A DNA stretch of 64,000 bases from an uncultured Vicinamibacteraceae bacterium. Its GTDB lineage: Bacteria; Acidobacteriota; Vicinamibacteria; Vicinamibacterales; UBA8438. The stretch is from positions 23,717 to 87,716 of the forward strand of contig CAYFER010000002.1 of NCBI GenBank assembly GCA_964342185.1. Reading direction: 5' to 3'. Shown in pieces: positions 9,633 to 19,502 of this stretch. Made by a program: the position numbers and the translations under genes. Numbering within the stretch: the stretch's first letter is position 1; the number at the start of each line of letters is the position of its first letter. The notes beneath the pieces were generated by a model, which made no database searches, was not told the origin of the DNA, and worked only from the letters and a program-made list of their open reading frames with translations.

Positions 9633-10433
9633 CTATAAAATCCGGAAGTCTGTCCAGACCCCCATTGAGCACATACGGACGTAGACATCAGAAAATCCTA
9701 CCCACACTAGACTCAACCAAGCGAATAACATGTGCCTCGCATTGAGACAACTGACGCAGTCATACGCCAACTGTTGAGCCGGTTTGTCTGCCATACAGTC
9801 CTGGCGGCCGCCAACTAAATGCCGAAGCGAATGACAACTGAAGGTGTAACTGCCAAGAAGAAATACATTGAGTGCGAGAACCAGCGTCCCGATGCCAATG
9901 CCGAATGACACGTTTCCAGCAGAGTCTTCGAACCACAGCGCGTTCCAGACGTCGTATGAGAGAAACAGTACAAAGCCGAGAGCGAGGTACAAAAAATAAC
10001 GATGAACGTTCTGCAGGATAAGGGGAAATGAATTTTCTCCGCGAAAGCTGTTTCGCGGCTCACCAACCGCGCAACTTGGCGGGTCAGCCCAAAAAGCCTT
10101 GTAGTAGGCCCCGCGGTAGTAATAACAAGTCAATCGAAAGCCGGCAGGTGCCCACAGAATCAAAAATGCCGGAGAGAACGGCAGCCACATAGGCCACAAA
10201 CTCGGTTTAGGACCAAACAGGCTATGCGGCGAATCACCGAATATTTCTGGCGAGTACATCGGCGACAAATAGCTGCCGTAAGAATAATGCTCGCCTTGAA
10301 AGGCCGCCCAAGTCGAATAGACAAGAAACGTCGAAAGACCTACAAAAACGGCGATCGGCTGTATCCACCATCTGTCGCGCCGTGAGGTTTCGCCAAACCC
10401 GCGTACCGGTATCGAAATCTGTACCTGATCCAT
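9633..10433 (-). CDS. Succinate dehydrogenase membrane anchor, mycobacterial Sdh1 (Rv0249c-like) type
   Basis: Multi-TM protein directly upstream of sdhA, with FRLTCYYYRGAYY, QNVHRYF, CHSLRH and NARHM motifs. Confidence 0.85.
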   Translation of the reverse strand: MDQVQISIPVRGFGETSRRDRWWIQPIAVFVGLSTFLVYSTWAAFQGEHYSYGSYLSPMYSPEIFGDSPHSLFGPKPSLWPMWLPFSPAFLILWAPAGFRLTCYYYRGAYYKAFWADPPSCAVGEPRNSFRGENSFPLILQNVHRYFLYLALGFVLFLSYDVWNALWFEDSAGNVSFGIGIGTLVLALNVFLLGSYTFSCHSLRHLVGGRQDCMADKPAQQLAYDCVSCLNARHMLFAWLSLVWVGFSDVYVRMCSMGVWTDFRIL

Positions 10434-10670
10434 CCTTAGTAACTCCGTTCAACTACGGGACATTCTGGCCGCAGAAGGGAGTTATGCGACCAACGGGCTT
10501 GCTATAGGATAGCACTCCCCATTCTATGTTCATCGTTCGCACCATGTCATAAGTCAAAGCAACATAATCAATACCGAATTCTCGCTATTGCTCAAGCAAT
10601 GTCTACCAGAACCTTCCTTCCAAAAAGAGACTCCGTTTACTTCAAACAGAAACCATCACGCCAGTCAAAA

Positions 10671-11165
10671 CTAGGGAGTAGCTTTCTTACTTTTAGTCGC
10701 CTTTCGAGCAGTCTTCCGGCGACGAGGGCGAGCACGACCACTCAACCCCTTGAGTTGGTCTCCACCTCCAACAACAAGCAGCGGTTGGCCAGGATTTCTC
10801 AGAAGATTAAAAATTTCGCCGGCAGACGTCTTAACGTAGACCTCTCGGCCGTCGGTCAGGAGCGTTACATCCCCACCATCGCCCAGAGCATCAAAAAGTC
10901 GTACGTTAAACTGTTCGCGGAGAACCGAGAGAATTGTTCTAATATTCTGAACCGTAAAACCTTGTCTTCGCAGATCTGCTAAAGCAAGTAACTCATAGAG
11001 GTCAATAGGAGAGTATCTCCTCTCAGTAAAACCACCGGCTTTTGTCGGACGTGAGGCCACTGTTGCTGAAAACAGATGCCGAGCGTCCCACCATTGCAGT
11101 TGGCGAGCGGACAAACCTGTAAAAATCGCCACTTCGCGTGCGCTGTACGAACGCTTCAGCTTCAC
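10671..11165 (-). CDS. MerR-family HTH regulator
   Basis: YSAREVA..TGLSARQLQWWD...RRYS..DL winged HTH and a basic C-terminal tail. Confidence 0.85.
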   Translation of the reverse strand: MKLKRSYSAREVAIFTGLSARQLQWWDARHLFSATVASRPTKAGGFTERRYSPIDLYELLALADLRRQGFTVQNIRTILSVLREQFNVRLFDALGDGGDVTLLTDGREVYVKTSAGEIFNLLRNPGQPLLVVGGGDQLKGLSGRARPRRRKTARKATKSKKATP

Positions 11166-11177
11166 AAACGGTTCTCC

Positions 11178-12326
11178 CTACGGTTTGTCATGACCTGCAG
11201 AAAAACGGCTAAGTGAGGTGGCGTCAAGTGCCTTATCGCGCTTGCCGTCAAGTAAGTAATCCGCAACCATACGAGCAGTCAACGGGGCCAGTAGAACTCC
11301 GTTCCGAAAGTGTCCTGTGGCGTAAAAAAGTCCGGGCAATCTTTCGGATGGACCGATGGCAGGCAGGTCATCTGGGGTTCCAGGCCGAAGACCGACTCTC
11401 ACACCTTGAAACCAAGCCTTCTTCGCAGTTGGGACAATCTCACAAGTCATATTAATCAATTGCTGAACGCCGGCTACTGTCGCACGCTCGTCAAACCCCA
11501 CGTCTTCAACAGTTGCACCGATAAGAACCGAACCGTCTGTCCAGGGAACCAGATAGCACTGGTCTGTCCAAATAACACGCTCTGGCGGCGACTTTGGCCA
11601 CCCTAAATGAAGCAATTGTCCCCGAACCGGGCGAACGGGAACAGCTTCCTCTCCCTCGGCCTCAACCTGACCCGACCAACTTCCCGCAGCCATCACTACT
11701 GCATCGCATGAGACAGTGTCGACGGGTGTTTCAACTTGTAATGTCCCATCTCGACTAAAGATCCTCGCGGCCGACATTGAAGCCGTAAATGTCACGCCGT
11801 GAGCTCCTGCAGCTCGGCGCAGTGCACTGGTTAAATCAGTGGCTCCGACAAAGCCATGAGACTCAACTACAAGACCCGACAACACATTCGAAGACAGCTG
11901 CGGTTCTTCTTGATGAATCGCTTTTTCATCAAGATATTCAGCAGCGATACCCAAGTCGCGGTAGGCAGATGCCATCCTTTGAAGTCGATCGACCGAAACC
12001 TTATCGCGAGCAATTTCTAGTGTCCCACTGCGGACATACTGTACGGTCGCCCCAGAATCATCCACCACACGTGAAACAAATTCGTCGTAGAGCTCAAGAC
12101 TTCGTCCACCTAACTCAAGAAGCGCACTGCCCTCATGAGCAGTAATGTAAGGGGCCAAGACACCGGCGGAAGCTTGGGTGGCTCCCTGCCCCACTTCCCG
12201 TCGATCAATCACGTGAACGCGGCTACCACGCCGGGCTAGTTCATAGGCCACCGCGCAACCAATAACTCCTGCCCCCACAACGACGACATTTGATGTCTTC
12301 TTCACAGTTTCCTGCCCAACCGCCAA
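11178..12326 (-). CDS. thiO: Glycine oxidase ThiO (DAAO family)
   Basis: GAGVIG, ATQASAGVL, PVRGQ, GLRPGT and GHFRNGVLLAP motifs. Confidence 0.88.
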   Translation of the reverse strand: MAVGQETVKKTSNVVVVGAGVIGCAVAYELARRGSRVHVIDRREVGQGATQASAGVLAPYITAHEGSALLELGGRSLELYDEFVSRVVDDSGATVQYVRSGTLEIARDKVSVDRLQRMASAYRDLGIAAEYLDEKAIHQEEPQLSSNVLSGLVVESHGFVGATDLTSALRRAAGAHGVTFTASMSAARIFSRDGTLQVETPVDTVSCDAVVMAAGSWSGQVEAEGEEAVPVRPVRGQLLHLGWPKSPPERVIWTDQCYLVPWTDGSVLIGATVEDVGFDERATVAGVQQLINMTCEIVPTAKKAWFQGVRVGLRPGTPDDLPAIGPSERLPGLFYATGHFRNGVLLAPLTARMVADYLLDGKRDKALDATSLSRFSAGHDKP

Positions 12327-12419
12327 GTGTACGAAGGCAAGGGGTAATGTGTCTAGTGATTAGCTAATTGTCGCAAGAGGCATCAAGTATCAATGGTCAC
12401 ACCATGTTATAGTTCGCGG

Positions 12420-13574
12420 GTGCCGCACGACGAAATCGCGCAGGCGGTGCTTGAACGTGAAGAGGTTATTCGATACCTCCAAGGTAATGAAAACGAAAGC
12501 CCCCTTGAAGCTCAAGCGAGGGTTTATGCCTACCTTGATGAGCTCAGGACAACACAGCGTTACAAGATGTACCGGGCTCTACAGCACCCGCTGTATCCAC
12601 TTTTGAGAAAGATTGACCGTCAGGAAGCTCAAGTTTCCATTGCCAAGAAAGCAACACGGCAGGGACGTGTAATTTACGCGTCGAATCATAAAAGCCACAC
12701 AGACTATCTAGTTCAACCACTTGTTCTTGACGACAACGGCATTCGTCCGCCAGTAATTGCCGCTGGAATCAATTTATTCGGCGGAGCGCTAGGATTGATC
12801 CACAAACACGTGACAGGTGCAATCCCTATCAGACGGGACGCCCGTGCCATGAAAGACCCCGCCTACTTAGCAACTTTGAAAGCTTATGTCGCCGAAGTTC
12901 TCCAGCGTCATGATTTATTTCTCTACTTAGAAGGCGGGAGAAGTTACAGCGGAGAACTTAAACGCTTCAAAACCGGTCTTCTTCATGCAGCAGCTCAGGC
13001 ACGACGAACCGATGTGGTAGTGATTCCCGTCGCCATTGCATACGACCTAGTGCTTGAAGACTTTGTGCTTTCTCGGCAAAGAGTGAAACGCCAACAGAGA
13101 CCATTTGCCCGTGAAGTAGCGGAGATGATTCGGTACGCAGTTGGTTATCAGAGTCGTGCGATCGTTAGTTTTGGCGAACCAATTAAGCTAGCTGACTATG
13201 ATCCAGACGGACGTCGTTCAATGGTGCAACTAAATCGAAGACTGCGTGATGCGATTGGTCGCCTTTACACCGTAGTACCAACAGCACTTGTTGCAGCTGC
13301 CATGCGTCCGTCCATTCAACACAGTGAACTGAAATCCGAAATCGATCGACTAATAGACATTCTCAAAGCAGCGGGAGCGCGTCTCGACATCGACACCGCG
13401 CAAGAAGCAGTAGAAGCCGCTATCGCACCACTGGCAACACGAGGAATTCTTGTCGTTGAAGGAAAATGCTATCGCGTACGCGAGCGAACAGTACTTCGAT
13501 ATTATGCTCGGACGATCGAGCACCTTCTGAAAGAAAAAGGACGACCAGTCTTGCACAAGTTAACGACCACTTAA
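12420..13574 (+). CDS. Glycerol-3-phosphate/DHAP acyltransferase (PlsB-like)
   Basis: NHKSHTD (HX4D), AGINL, EGGRS and PVAIAYD motifs. GTG start 6 nt after TGnTATAGT. Confidence 0.85.
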   Translation: MPHDEIAQAVLEREEVIRYLQGNENESPLEAQARVYAYLDELRTTQRYKMYRALQHPLYPLLRKIDRQEAQVSIAKKATRQGRVIYASNHKSHTDYLVQPLVLDDNGIRPPVIAAGINLFGGALGLIHKHVTGAIPIRRDARAMKDPAYLATLKAYVAEVLQRHDLFLYLEGGRSYSGELKRFKTGLLHAAAQARRTDVVVIPVAIAYDLVLEDFVLSRQRVKRQQRPFAREVAEMIRYAVGYQSRAIVSFGEPIKLADYDPDGRRSMVQLNRRLRDAIGRLYTVVPTALVAAAMRPSIQHSELKSEIDRLIDILKAAGARLDIDTAQEAVEAAIAPLATRGILVVEGKCYRVRERTVLRYYARTIEHLLKEKGRPVLHKLTTT

Positions 13575-13604
13575 GGAGAGGTTAGAGTATTTGAATTCCC
13601 GTTT

Positions 13605-14687
13605 CTAGTCGATCCAATCAGCAATAAAAACGTTCGTATCGCCTTCGGTTTGACTGTCACGATTCGAAGCAAAAACCAACTGCTGGCCATCTGGCGAAAA
13701 CATCGGAAATCCGTCGAAAGTCTCGCCAAACGTAATCTGTTCTAGGCCACCACCATTGGCATTGATAATAAACAAATCAAAATTTCGGCCATCAGGATTG
13801 TGCCAGTTTGACGAAAAAATGATTCGCTCCCCATCCGGGTGCCAGAACGGACCAAAACTCGCTCCACCGAGGTCAGTTACTTGGTGAAGGTTGCTGCCGT
13901 CAGCGTCCATGACAAAAATCTCAAGTTCGGTGGGCCTCCAGAGTCCCTCATCCAGTAAGCGCTTGTAATCGTCATACTCGGGGCCATCGGGAATTTCTCG
14001 GCCGCGAAATACAATTTTTGAGCCATCAGCTGAAAAGAACGGACCTCCATCGGGACCCTGTCGATTGGTCAGTCGTCGCACATCAGAACCATCACCATTC
14101 ATGGAGTAAATCTCCATATCACCATCACGGACACTGGTAAACACCACGCGTCCGTCCGGACCTATCGTGGCTTCAGCATCGTAACCTGGGGTTTCAGTCA
14201 ATCGGGTCAAATCCGATCCATCTGGCGCTGCTCGAAATATGTCGTACGTGTCATAGATAGCCCAGACGTATCCAGCCGAAAAACTTGGCGGAGGTGGACA
14301 CTCGAGCCCACCAAGATGGGTCGACGCATAAATGATGGATTCGGAATCAGGGTAAAAGTATCCGCAAGTTGTTCGCCCGTCTCCCGTTGAAACCATTCGA
14401 AGATTTGAACCGTCCAAATCCATCCTGAAAATCTGGTCGCAGGGAACACCTTCTCTCGTCGACTGAAAGATCAACTCAGAACCATCTGAAGTGAAATAGG
14501 CTTCGGCGTTTTCACCACCGAACGTCAACTGCTGAAGGTTTGCGAGATGTACTTCCGGATCGGCTGAATTCTCATCACTCGATTCAATTATTTCGATCAC
14601 GGTTTCTTCAGAGCTAGGCGCCCCGCATGCCACCATCAAGACAATCGGAAAAATTGTAAGTACGAACCTAAACCAATGCCGCGTCAT
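13605..14687 (-). CDS. TolB-like (PD40 repeat) beta-propeller lipoprotein
   Basis: Lipobox MVAC. Repeated 'P.FSPDG..I.F.S.R...IF.M..DG' blades. Confidence 0.88.
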   Translation of the reverse strand: MTRHWFRFVLTIFPIVLMVACGAPSSEETVIEIIESSDENSADPEVHLANLQQLTFGGENAEAYFTSDGSELIFQSTREGVPCDQIFRMDLDGSNLRMVSTGDGRTTCGYFYPDSESIIYASTHLGGLECPPPPSFSAGYVWAIYDTYDIFRAAPDGSDLTRLTETPGYDAEATIGPDGRVVFTSVRDGDMEIYSMNGDGSDVRRLTNRQGPDGGPFFSADGSKIVFRGREIPDGPEYDDYKRLLDEGLWRPTELEIFVMDADGSNLHQVTDLGGASFGPFWHPDGERIIFSSNWHNPDGRNFDLFIINANGGGLEQITFGETFDGFPMFSPDGQQLVFASNRDSQTEGDTNVFIADWID

Positions 14688-14752
14688 CTAGTCCTCCCCC
14701 ACTATGCTCTAATCCATCCCAAAGGACTAACTATTCGATATAGATACGAGCT

Positions 14753-14773
14753 TATTGAGATCAAGTCTCAATA
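14753..14773. promoter_or_regulatory. Perfect inverted repeat TATTGAGA-N5-TCTCAATA (candidate operator or hairpin)
   Basis: Seen directly, about 65 bp upstream of the 14687 start in an AT-rich spacer. Confidence 0.4.
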
Positions 14774-14862
14774 GTGCCAAATATACGACTAAAGTTGTCG
14801 GGTTTTCAACTTCTGGTTTCTAATTTCTAAGATACCTGTTCTTGCATTTTGATGAACCGCTT

Positions 14863-16728
14863 CTATCGTCGACCAAGAAACTCCAATATTCCAATAGAAA
14901 ACCACGGCACATAAGTAATCAATATTACGCCAAGTCCCAAGATGAGTAGCACCGGCAAGGCCGCTCGATAAACGTCAAAAATTGGACGATTGAACCGGTA
15001 AGAAGCAAAGAACAGGTTAAGTCCAACTGGAGGCGTCAAGTAGCCCAATTCAAGATTGGCAATAAAAATAATGCCTAGATGAATCGGATCTATCCCGTAT
15101 GCAACGCCCATCGCACTAATCAACGGTACAACGACAAAAATTGCCGAAAAAATGTCCATAAGACAACCAACAAGAAGTAGAAAAATATTTAGTGCCAACA
15201 AAAACAGCAACGGGGATTGAATCTGTGACTGAGTCCATTCCAGGAGACGGAAAGGAAGGTCTGCATCCAGCGTGTAGGCAGTAAACCCCTTGGCTGCCGC
15301 CAAGATGATCAGAACTCCACCAACCAGAACAACTGACTCGGTAATAGCAGAGCGCAGACCCTTCAGAAAAGGAAAATCTCGATGGATGAGTCCAGTTGAT
15401 ACAAAGGCATAGAGGGCCGCTAAGGCCGATACTTCAACTAGTGTCGCCCAGCCACTAAAATAAGAGACCAAGACAACAACCGGAAGTCCGAGTTCCCATT
15501 TCGCTATCCAGATCGCCGACCACACTTCGGCAGTAACAAACGGTCGACGTCCTGCACCAGTAATCACACCTTCACGCATGCCCCAAACTGAGACCAGGCC
15601 GATAAGTAGAAACCCTGGCAATATCCCACCGATAAAAAGGTCTTCGAGAGGTACCTCTGCAACGACGGCATACAAAATTAGTGGAAGCGCAGGCGGTAAA
15701 AGTAAGCCTAGCGATCCAGATGCCGTCAATAGTCCTACGGAAAAACGATCTCGATATCCATCTTTGAGAAGAGCAGGAAGCAGTAACCCACCAAGCGCCA
15801 AAATAGTGACACCCGAAGCTCCAGAAAAGATCGTGAAAAAAGCACAAACAACAACGCATACAACCGCCGTTCCGCCGGGTACCCAGCCAACTAGAGCTCG
15901 GAACAAACGCAAAAGACGTTCCGAAACCCTGCCTTGAGCCAAAATACAGCCAGTCAACGTAAACAATGGAATGGCGGGAAGCAGCGGTTCAGTGGCTAGG
16001 TCGTATGCATAAAGTGCCACTTGGGCAGGTGGCACAAAGAATGTCATGTATAGAAAGACAGCAGCACCCCCCAACACCGCAAAAATAGGAGCACCCGCCA
16101 CCGCTGCCACTACTACGATTAATACCCAAGGCCAGGCGGAAGTGCCGTCAAGAAGCTCGTAGGAATTACTCAGCCACAACCCAGTCACCAACCCCAACGT
16201 TACTAATATTCGCTGGCTCCATGATTCGCCCACATGCCACATCAGACGGAATGCAATCAGCAGAAACGAAAAAGGAAGTACCAGAAGGACGACCCACACC
16301 GGAACACCGAGCGCAATCTCTGAACCGATGTCGCGTTCAACCAACACCACATCAACGGCACCTCTGGCAAGAATCGCTGATACCGCCCCACCGAACATAG
16401 CCGCGAACACCGCCGCCACAGTGCGCACCCGCCCCTTAGGCATGAGTGTCCCGGTTGCGAGAGCAATCAATTTTCCTTCTCTGGCCGCGAGCGTCGCACC
16501 GAGAAAGCCAACCCAAAGAGTTAAATGTTGGACAAAGGGAATCGACCCTGGAATGCCGCCTGCTCTGAACGGTCGGATAGTTATCTCTGCCAAAGGAAGC
16601 AGAACCATCGCCACAAGCGCACCCGCAGCTATCAAGTCCTCTGTGCTATGGAAAAACCTGAGAAAACTTGATCCGTTAGGTGCCGAGTGTGGCGACACAT
16701 CCGTTCTGGGATGCTCAGTAGAACTCAT
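14863..16728 (-). CDS. TRAP transporter fused small+large permease (DctQ-DctM)
   Basis: N-terminal DctQ-like TMs (LWVGFLGA), followed by DctM motifs AIPLF, GSLGLLLPP and GYLTPPVGLNLF. Confidence 0.92.
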   Translation of the reverse strand: MSSTEHPRTDVSPHSAPNGSSFLRFFHSTEDLIAAGALVAMVLLPLAEITIRPFRAGGIPGSIPFVQHLTLWVGFLGATLAAREGKLIALATGTLMPKGRVRTVAAVFAAMFGGAVSAILARGAVDVVLVERDIGSEIALGVPVWVVLLVLPFSFLLIAFRLMWHVGESWSQRILVTLGLVTGLWLSNSYELLDGTSAWPWVLIVVVAAVAGAPIFAVLGGAAVFLYMTFFVPPAQVALYAYDLATEPLLPAIPLFTLTGCILAQGRVSERLLRLFRALVGWVPGGTAVVCVVVCAFFTIFSGASGVTILALGGLLLPALLKDGYRDRFSVGLLTASGSLGLLLPPALPLILYAVVAEVPLEDLFIGGILPGFLLIGLVSVWGMREGVITGAGRRPFVTAEVWSAIWIAKWELGLPVVVLVSYFSGWATLVEVSALAALYAFVSTGLIHRDFPFLKGLRSAITESVVLVGGVLIILAAAKGFTAYTLDADLPFRLLEWTQSQIQSPLLFLLALNIFLLLVGCLMDIFSAIFVVVPLISAMGVAYGIDPIHLGIIFIANLELGYLTPPVGLNLFFASYRFNRPIFDVYRAALPVLLILGLGVILITYVPWFSIGILEFLGRR

Positions 16729-16774
16729 CTGCTCTGAGAAGAATTCACTAGATCACCGAAAACAGAACTGTTTA

Positions 16775-17764
16775 CTATTGGCCACGAAAACTGTTCCGTT
16801 CCCTTAGAGCAAGATCGTAGATATCTTGTGGAACCATGGTCCCACGCATCGATGAGGTTAACTCATCGGCCGTCTGACGAAATGCGACAATGGCTGCATC
16901 ATCCGGCATCGAGACTGTCAGTCCTCGACCACGCATCAGATCTATCGCTTCGCGGTCTTGCCTTGGAACTTCATCCCACTGGTTATCTTCGAACTCCTGA
17001 CCAATCGATAAAAACGCCTCTTGATCGTCAGAACTGAGCCGCTCCCAAGCTCTCTCAGTAACCAGTAGGGCATTGATGACCGGCGCTAGAGGAACATCGA
17101 GCATGTGCGGTGCAGAGCGATAATATTGTACCAACATCACTGCGTACGGCGGCAGTGGATACGCATTGATTAAACCGGTATTTAAGCCCATCGCAACGTC
17201 AGTCACAGCCAGTGGAACTGGATCAAATCCGTTCTCCTTATACCACTGCACCATTGCATCGTCTCCTGCCGACGTAAAGATCTTGGCGCGTCTCAAATCT
17301 TCGAGAGTGGAAACAGGCTCAGCTGTAAAAAAATGTGCCCACCCCGTGTGCCCCCAGCCGACCAGTACAAACCCCTGATCAGCCAAAACGTCCTCAAACG
17401 TCGGTCTGAGCGCTGACAGGACGTGGCGAGCTTCATCATCGGATTGAAAGAAAAACGGCATGCCCAAGACATTAAATGCCGGATCAATCTCACCGAGCGC
17501 CGTTTGGGAAAGAAGTGCTGCCTGGGTCGAATTCAATTTCAGGCGTCGCACGATGGTAGCCTCGTCCCCTTGGGAACTCGAAGCAACGCGTAACCGTACT
17601 CTTCGATTCGTGACTTTCTGAAGATCAGCCGCCATCTCCTTAAGCGCCCTGTCCCACAAAGAATTTGGTGGGGCAATCGATCCAAGGGTTATTGGCCTCT
17701 GAGCAAGCAGGTGGGCCGGGCTGACCAACAAGCATACAGCGATGGAAATTAGGAGCGACCTCAT
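16775..17764 (-). CDS. TRAP substrate-binding protein, DctP/TatP type
   Basis: Signal peptide, LGSIAPPNSLW, GDEATIVRRL and PVPLAVTDV..GL.TG motifs. Lies between TatT and DctQM. Confidence 0.9.
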   Translation of the reverse strand: MRSLLISIAVCLLVSPAHLLAQRPITLGSIAPPNSLWDRALKEMAADLQKVTNRRVRLRVASSSQGDEATIVRRLKLNSTQAALLSQTALGEIDPAFNVLGMPFFFQSDDEARHVLSALRPTFEDVLADQGFVLVGWGHTGWAHFFTAEPVSTLEDLRRAKIFTSAGDDAMVQWYKENGFDPVPLAVTDVAMGLNTGLINAYPLPPYAVMLVQYYRSAPHMLDVPLAPVINALLVTERAWERLSSDDQEAFLSIGQEFEDNQWDEVPRQDREAIDLMRGRGLTVSMPDDAAIVAFRQTADELTSSMRGTMVPQDIYDLALRERNSFRGQ

Positions 17765-17766
17765 CG

Positions 17767-18723
17767 TTAGTTTTCTTCCTCCCTAATTGGCTCCTCAAAC
17801 AGCTCATCGGCATGATCGAGAAGCAGACGGGCCCGTTTCTGATTCACCAGATTCACCAGTCGGAAGCTGATATCAGCCTCCGGGTCAACCGCAAGCGCGG
17901 AACCAAGTAATGACTCAAATTCCGGGCGGTCCTGCGCCGCCAACGATACCCCAGTTGCCAAGGCAAGATAGGGTGAAGCATCAAGACCATCCGACAACTC
18001 TACCGCACGCTCAAAGTGAACACGCGCACGGCTGGACGACCCCCCGAGCAATTCTGGAACCGATTCAAGTGCAATGGACGCTGAATGCAGAGCTCCACGA
18101 TTGTAGTCTTCGTCTAGTGCAAGTGCACGCCCCAACAACGCTCTCACAACCGGTAGATCCGCGGCAAGTTCCGGGTTATCAAGGCCAAGTGAAATAGCGA
18201 AACCCCACGAACCAGCTAGCCAATAAATTGTCTCAACGTCATCGACGCGAAATGTAGCAACCGCCCTCTCCGGATCCAAACGTAATGTCTCTGAAAGGCC
18301 TATATAATTAACTTCTACCCGGCGGAGACAGTAGTCGCGTGCTCGAACATACATATTGAGAGCACGACGCTCAGCAGTCTCAGCGGTCGCATAATCGAAA
18401 TCCTCCCATTCTGCGACTTCTGCATCGGGTTGAATGAATAGCGCTGCGTAAATAGTAAAAGTACTACAAGCGTTCAGGAGAAGACCCGGATGATCAGGTG
18501 ACGACTCCAATAGTGTCTCAAGAGTCTTCAGATTGAATGGTAAAGCCTCTCGCACCAATTGTGGATCTTCATCAGATGCATAAATATCAGCACCTTCAGA
18601 AAGGGTGTCCGAAAGGGCGTTAACCGCCATCGATTTAACAGAGCAGCCGCTACTCACAACGAACGCAAGAATCACCGCGCCCTGACAGAGAGAACTGAAG
18701 CCAGATTTAATGTCGAATCGCAT
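17767..18723 (-). CDS. TRAP transporter TatT component (TPR-like lipoprotein)
   Basis: Lipobox SSGC, EDPQLVREALPF.LK.LE.LL and A..HFERA motifs. First gene of the TRAP cluster. Confidence 0.85.
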   Translation of the reverse strand: MRFDIKSGFSSLCQGAVILAFVVSSGCSVKSMAVNALSDTLSEGADIYASDEDPQLVREALPFNLKTLETLLESSPDHPGLLLNACSTFTIYAALFIQPDAEVAEWEDFDYATAETAERRALNMYVRARDYCLRRVEVNYIGLSETLRLDPERAVATFRVDDVETIYWLAGSWGFAISLGLDNPELAADLPVVRALLGRALALDEDYNRGALHSASIALESVPELLGGSSSRARVHFERAVELSDGLDASPYLALATGVSLAAQDRPEFESLLGSALAVDPEADISFRLVNLVNQKRARLLLDHADELFEEPIREEEN

Positions 18724-18815
18724 TATTGACGTTATAGGCTCACTAAGCCCTTTTGATCATACCAGCCCTCACGTAATACGCCAGGTTGGCTCCACACAGA
18801 AAGTGATTCCGTGCC

Positions 18816-19502
18816 ATGATCATTGCGGTGAAAAATTTCGTCACAATTCCAGCCGGTTGGTTCGATATGGGAAGTGAAACGGGTCAGAGGGACGAAGCTC
18901 CGATCCACCAAGTGTGGGTCGACACCTTTCAGATGGCTATCTATCCAGTCACACGGTCCGAATATCAACACTTTCTAGAAGATACCAATCGTGACCATCC
19001 CAAGGACTGGGACAATCCACTATTGGAAAATCCTGCTTGTCCAGTTGTTGGTGTTAGCTGGAATGACGCAACTGTCTACTGTCTGTGGCGCTCTTCAAAC
19101 GGTGACCTAGTTCGGCTACCGACAGAGGCAGAATGGGAACGGGCAGCTCGAGGTCGCCAAGTCGCGTGTAACTATCCTTCTGGAAATGAGATCCCAAAAT
19201 GGATCCCTGCTGGAGGCCGAGGCCCACTAGATGGACCGTGGACAGTTGAACTTGGTAAAGCATCAGATTTTGGTCTCTATGGTATCGCTGCGAACATACA
19301 TGAGTGGTGCGCTGACTGGCATTCGCGAACTTACTATCGCGACTCGCCGCGGCAAAACCCCACGGGGCCACCGTCTGGTATTCGACGCAGCTCTCGCGGT
19401 GGGTCGTGGCGTCACTCCTTAACTATCAGTCGCGTCTCGGCCAGAAGTAAACTGGACCCGTCGTTTCGGTACACAGACTATGGCTTCCGCCTCGCAAGCT
19501 GA
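18816..19502 (+). CDS. Formylglycine-generating enzyme (FGE/SUMF1)-domain protein
   Basis: F.MGS, PVVGVSWNDA, RLPTEAEWERAARG, N..EW..D, RGGSW and GFR motifs. FGE catalytic Cys pair absent. Start may be GTG 18828. Confidence 0.88.
   Translation: MIIAVKNFVTIPAGWFDMGSETGQRDEAPIHQVWVDTFQMAIYPVTRSEYQHFLEDTNRDHPKDWDNPLLENPACPVVGVSWNDATVYCLWRSSNGDLVRLPTEAEWERAARGRQVACNYPSGNEIPKWIPAGGRGPLDGPWTVELGKASDFGLYGIAANIHEWCADWHSRTYYRDSPRQNPTGPPSGIRRSSRGGSWRHSLTISRVSARSKLDPSFRYTDYGFRLAS

Noticed and set aside
18816-19502. Active formylglycine-generating enzyme or DGR target
   Set aside because: It lacks the catalytic Cys pair, and no reverse transcriptase or template repeat was seen in the window.
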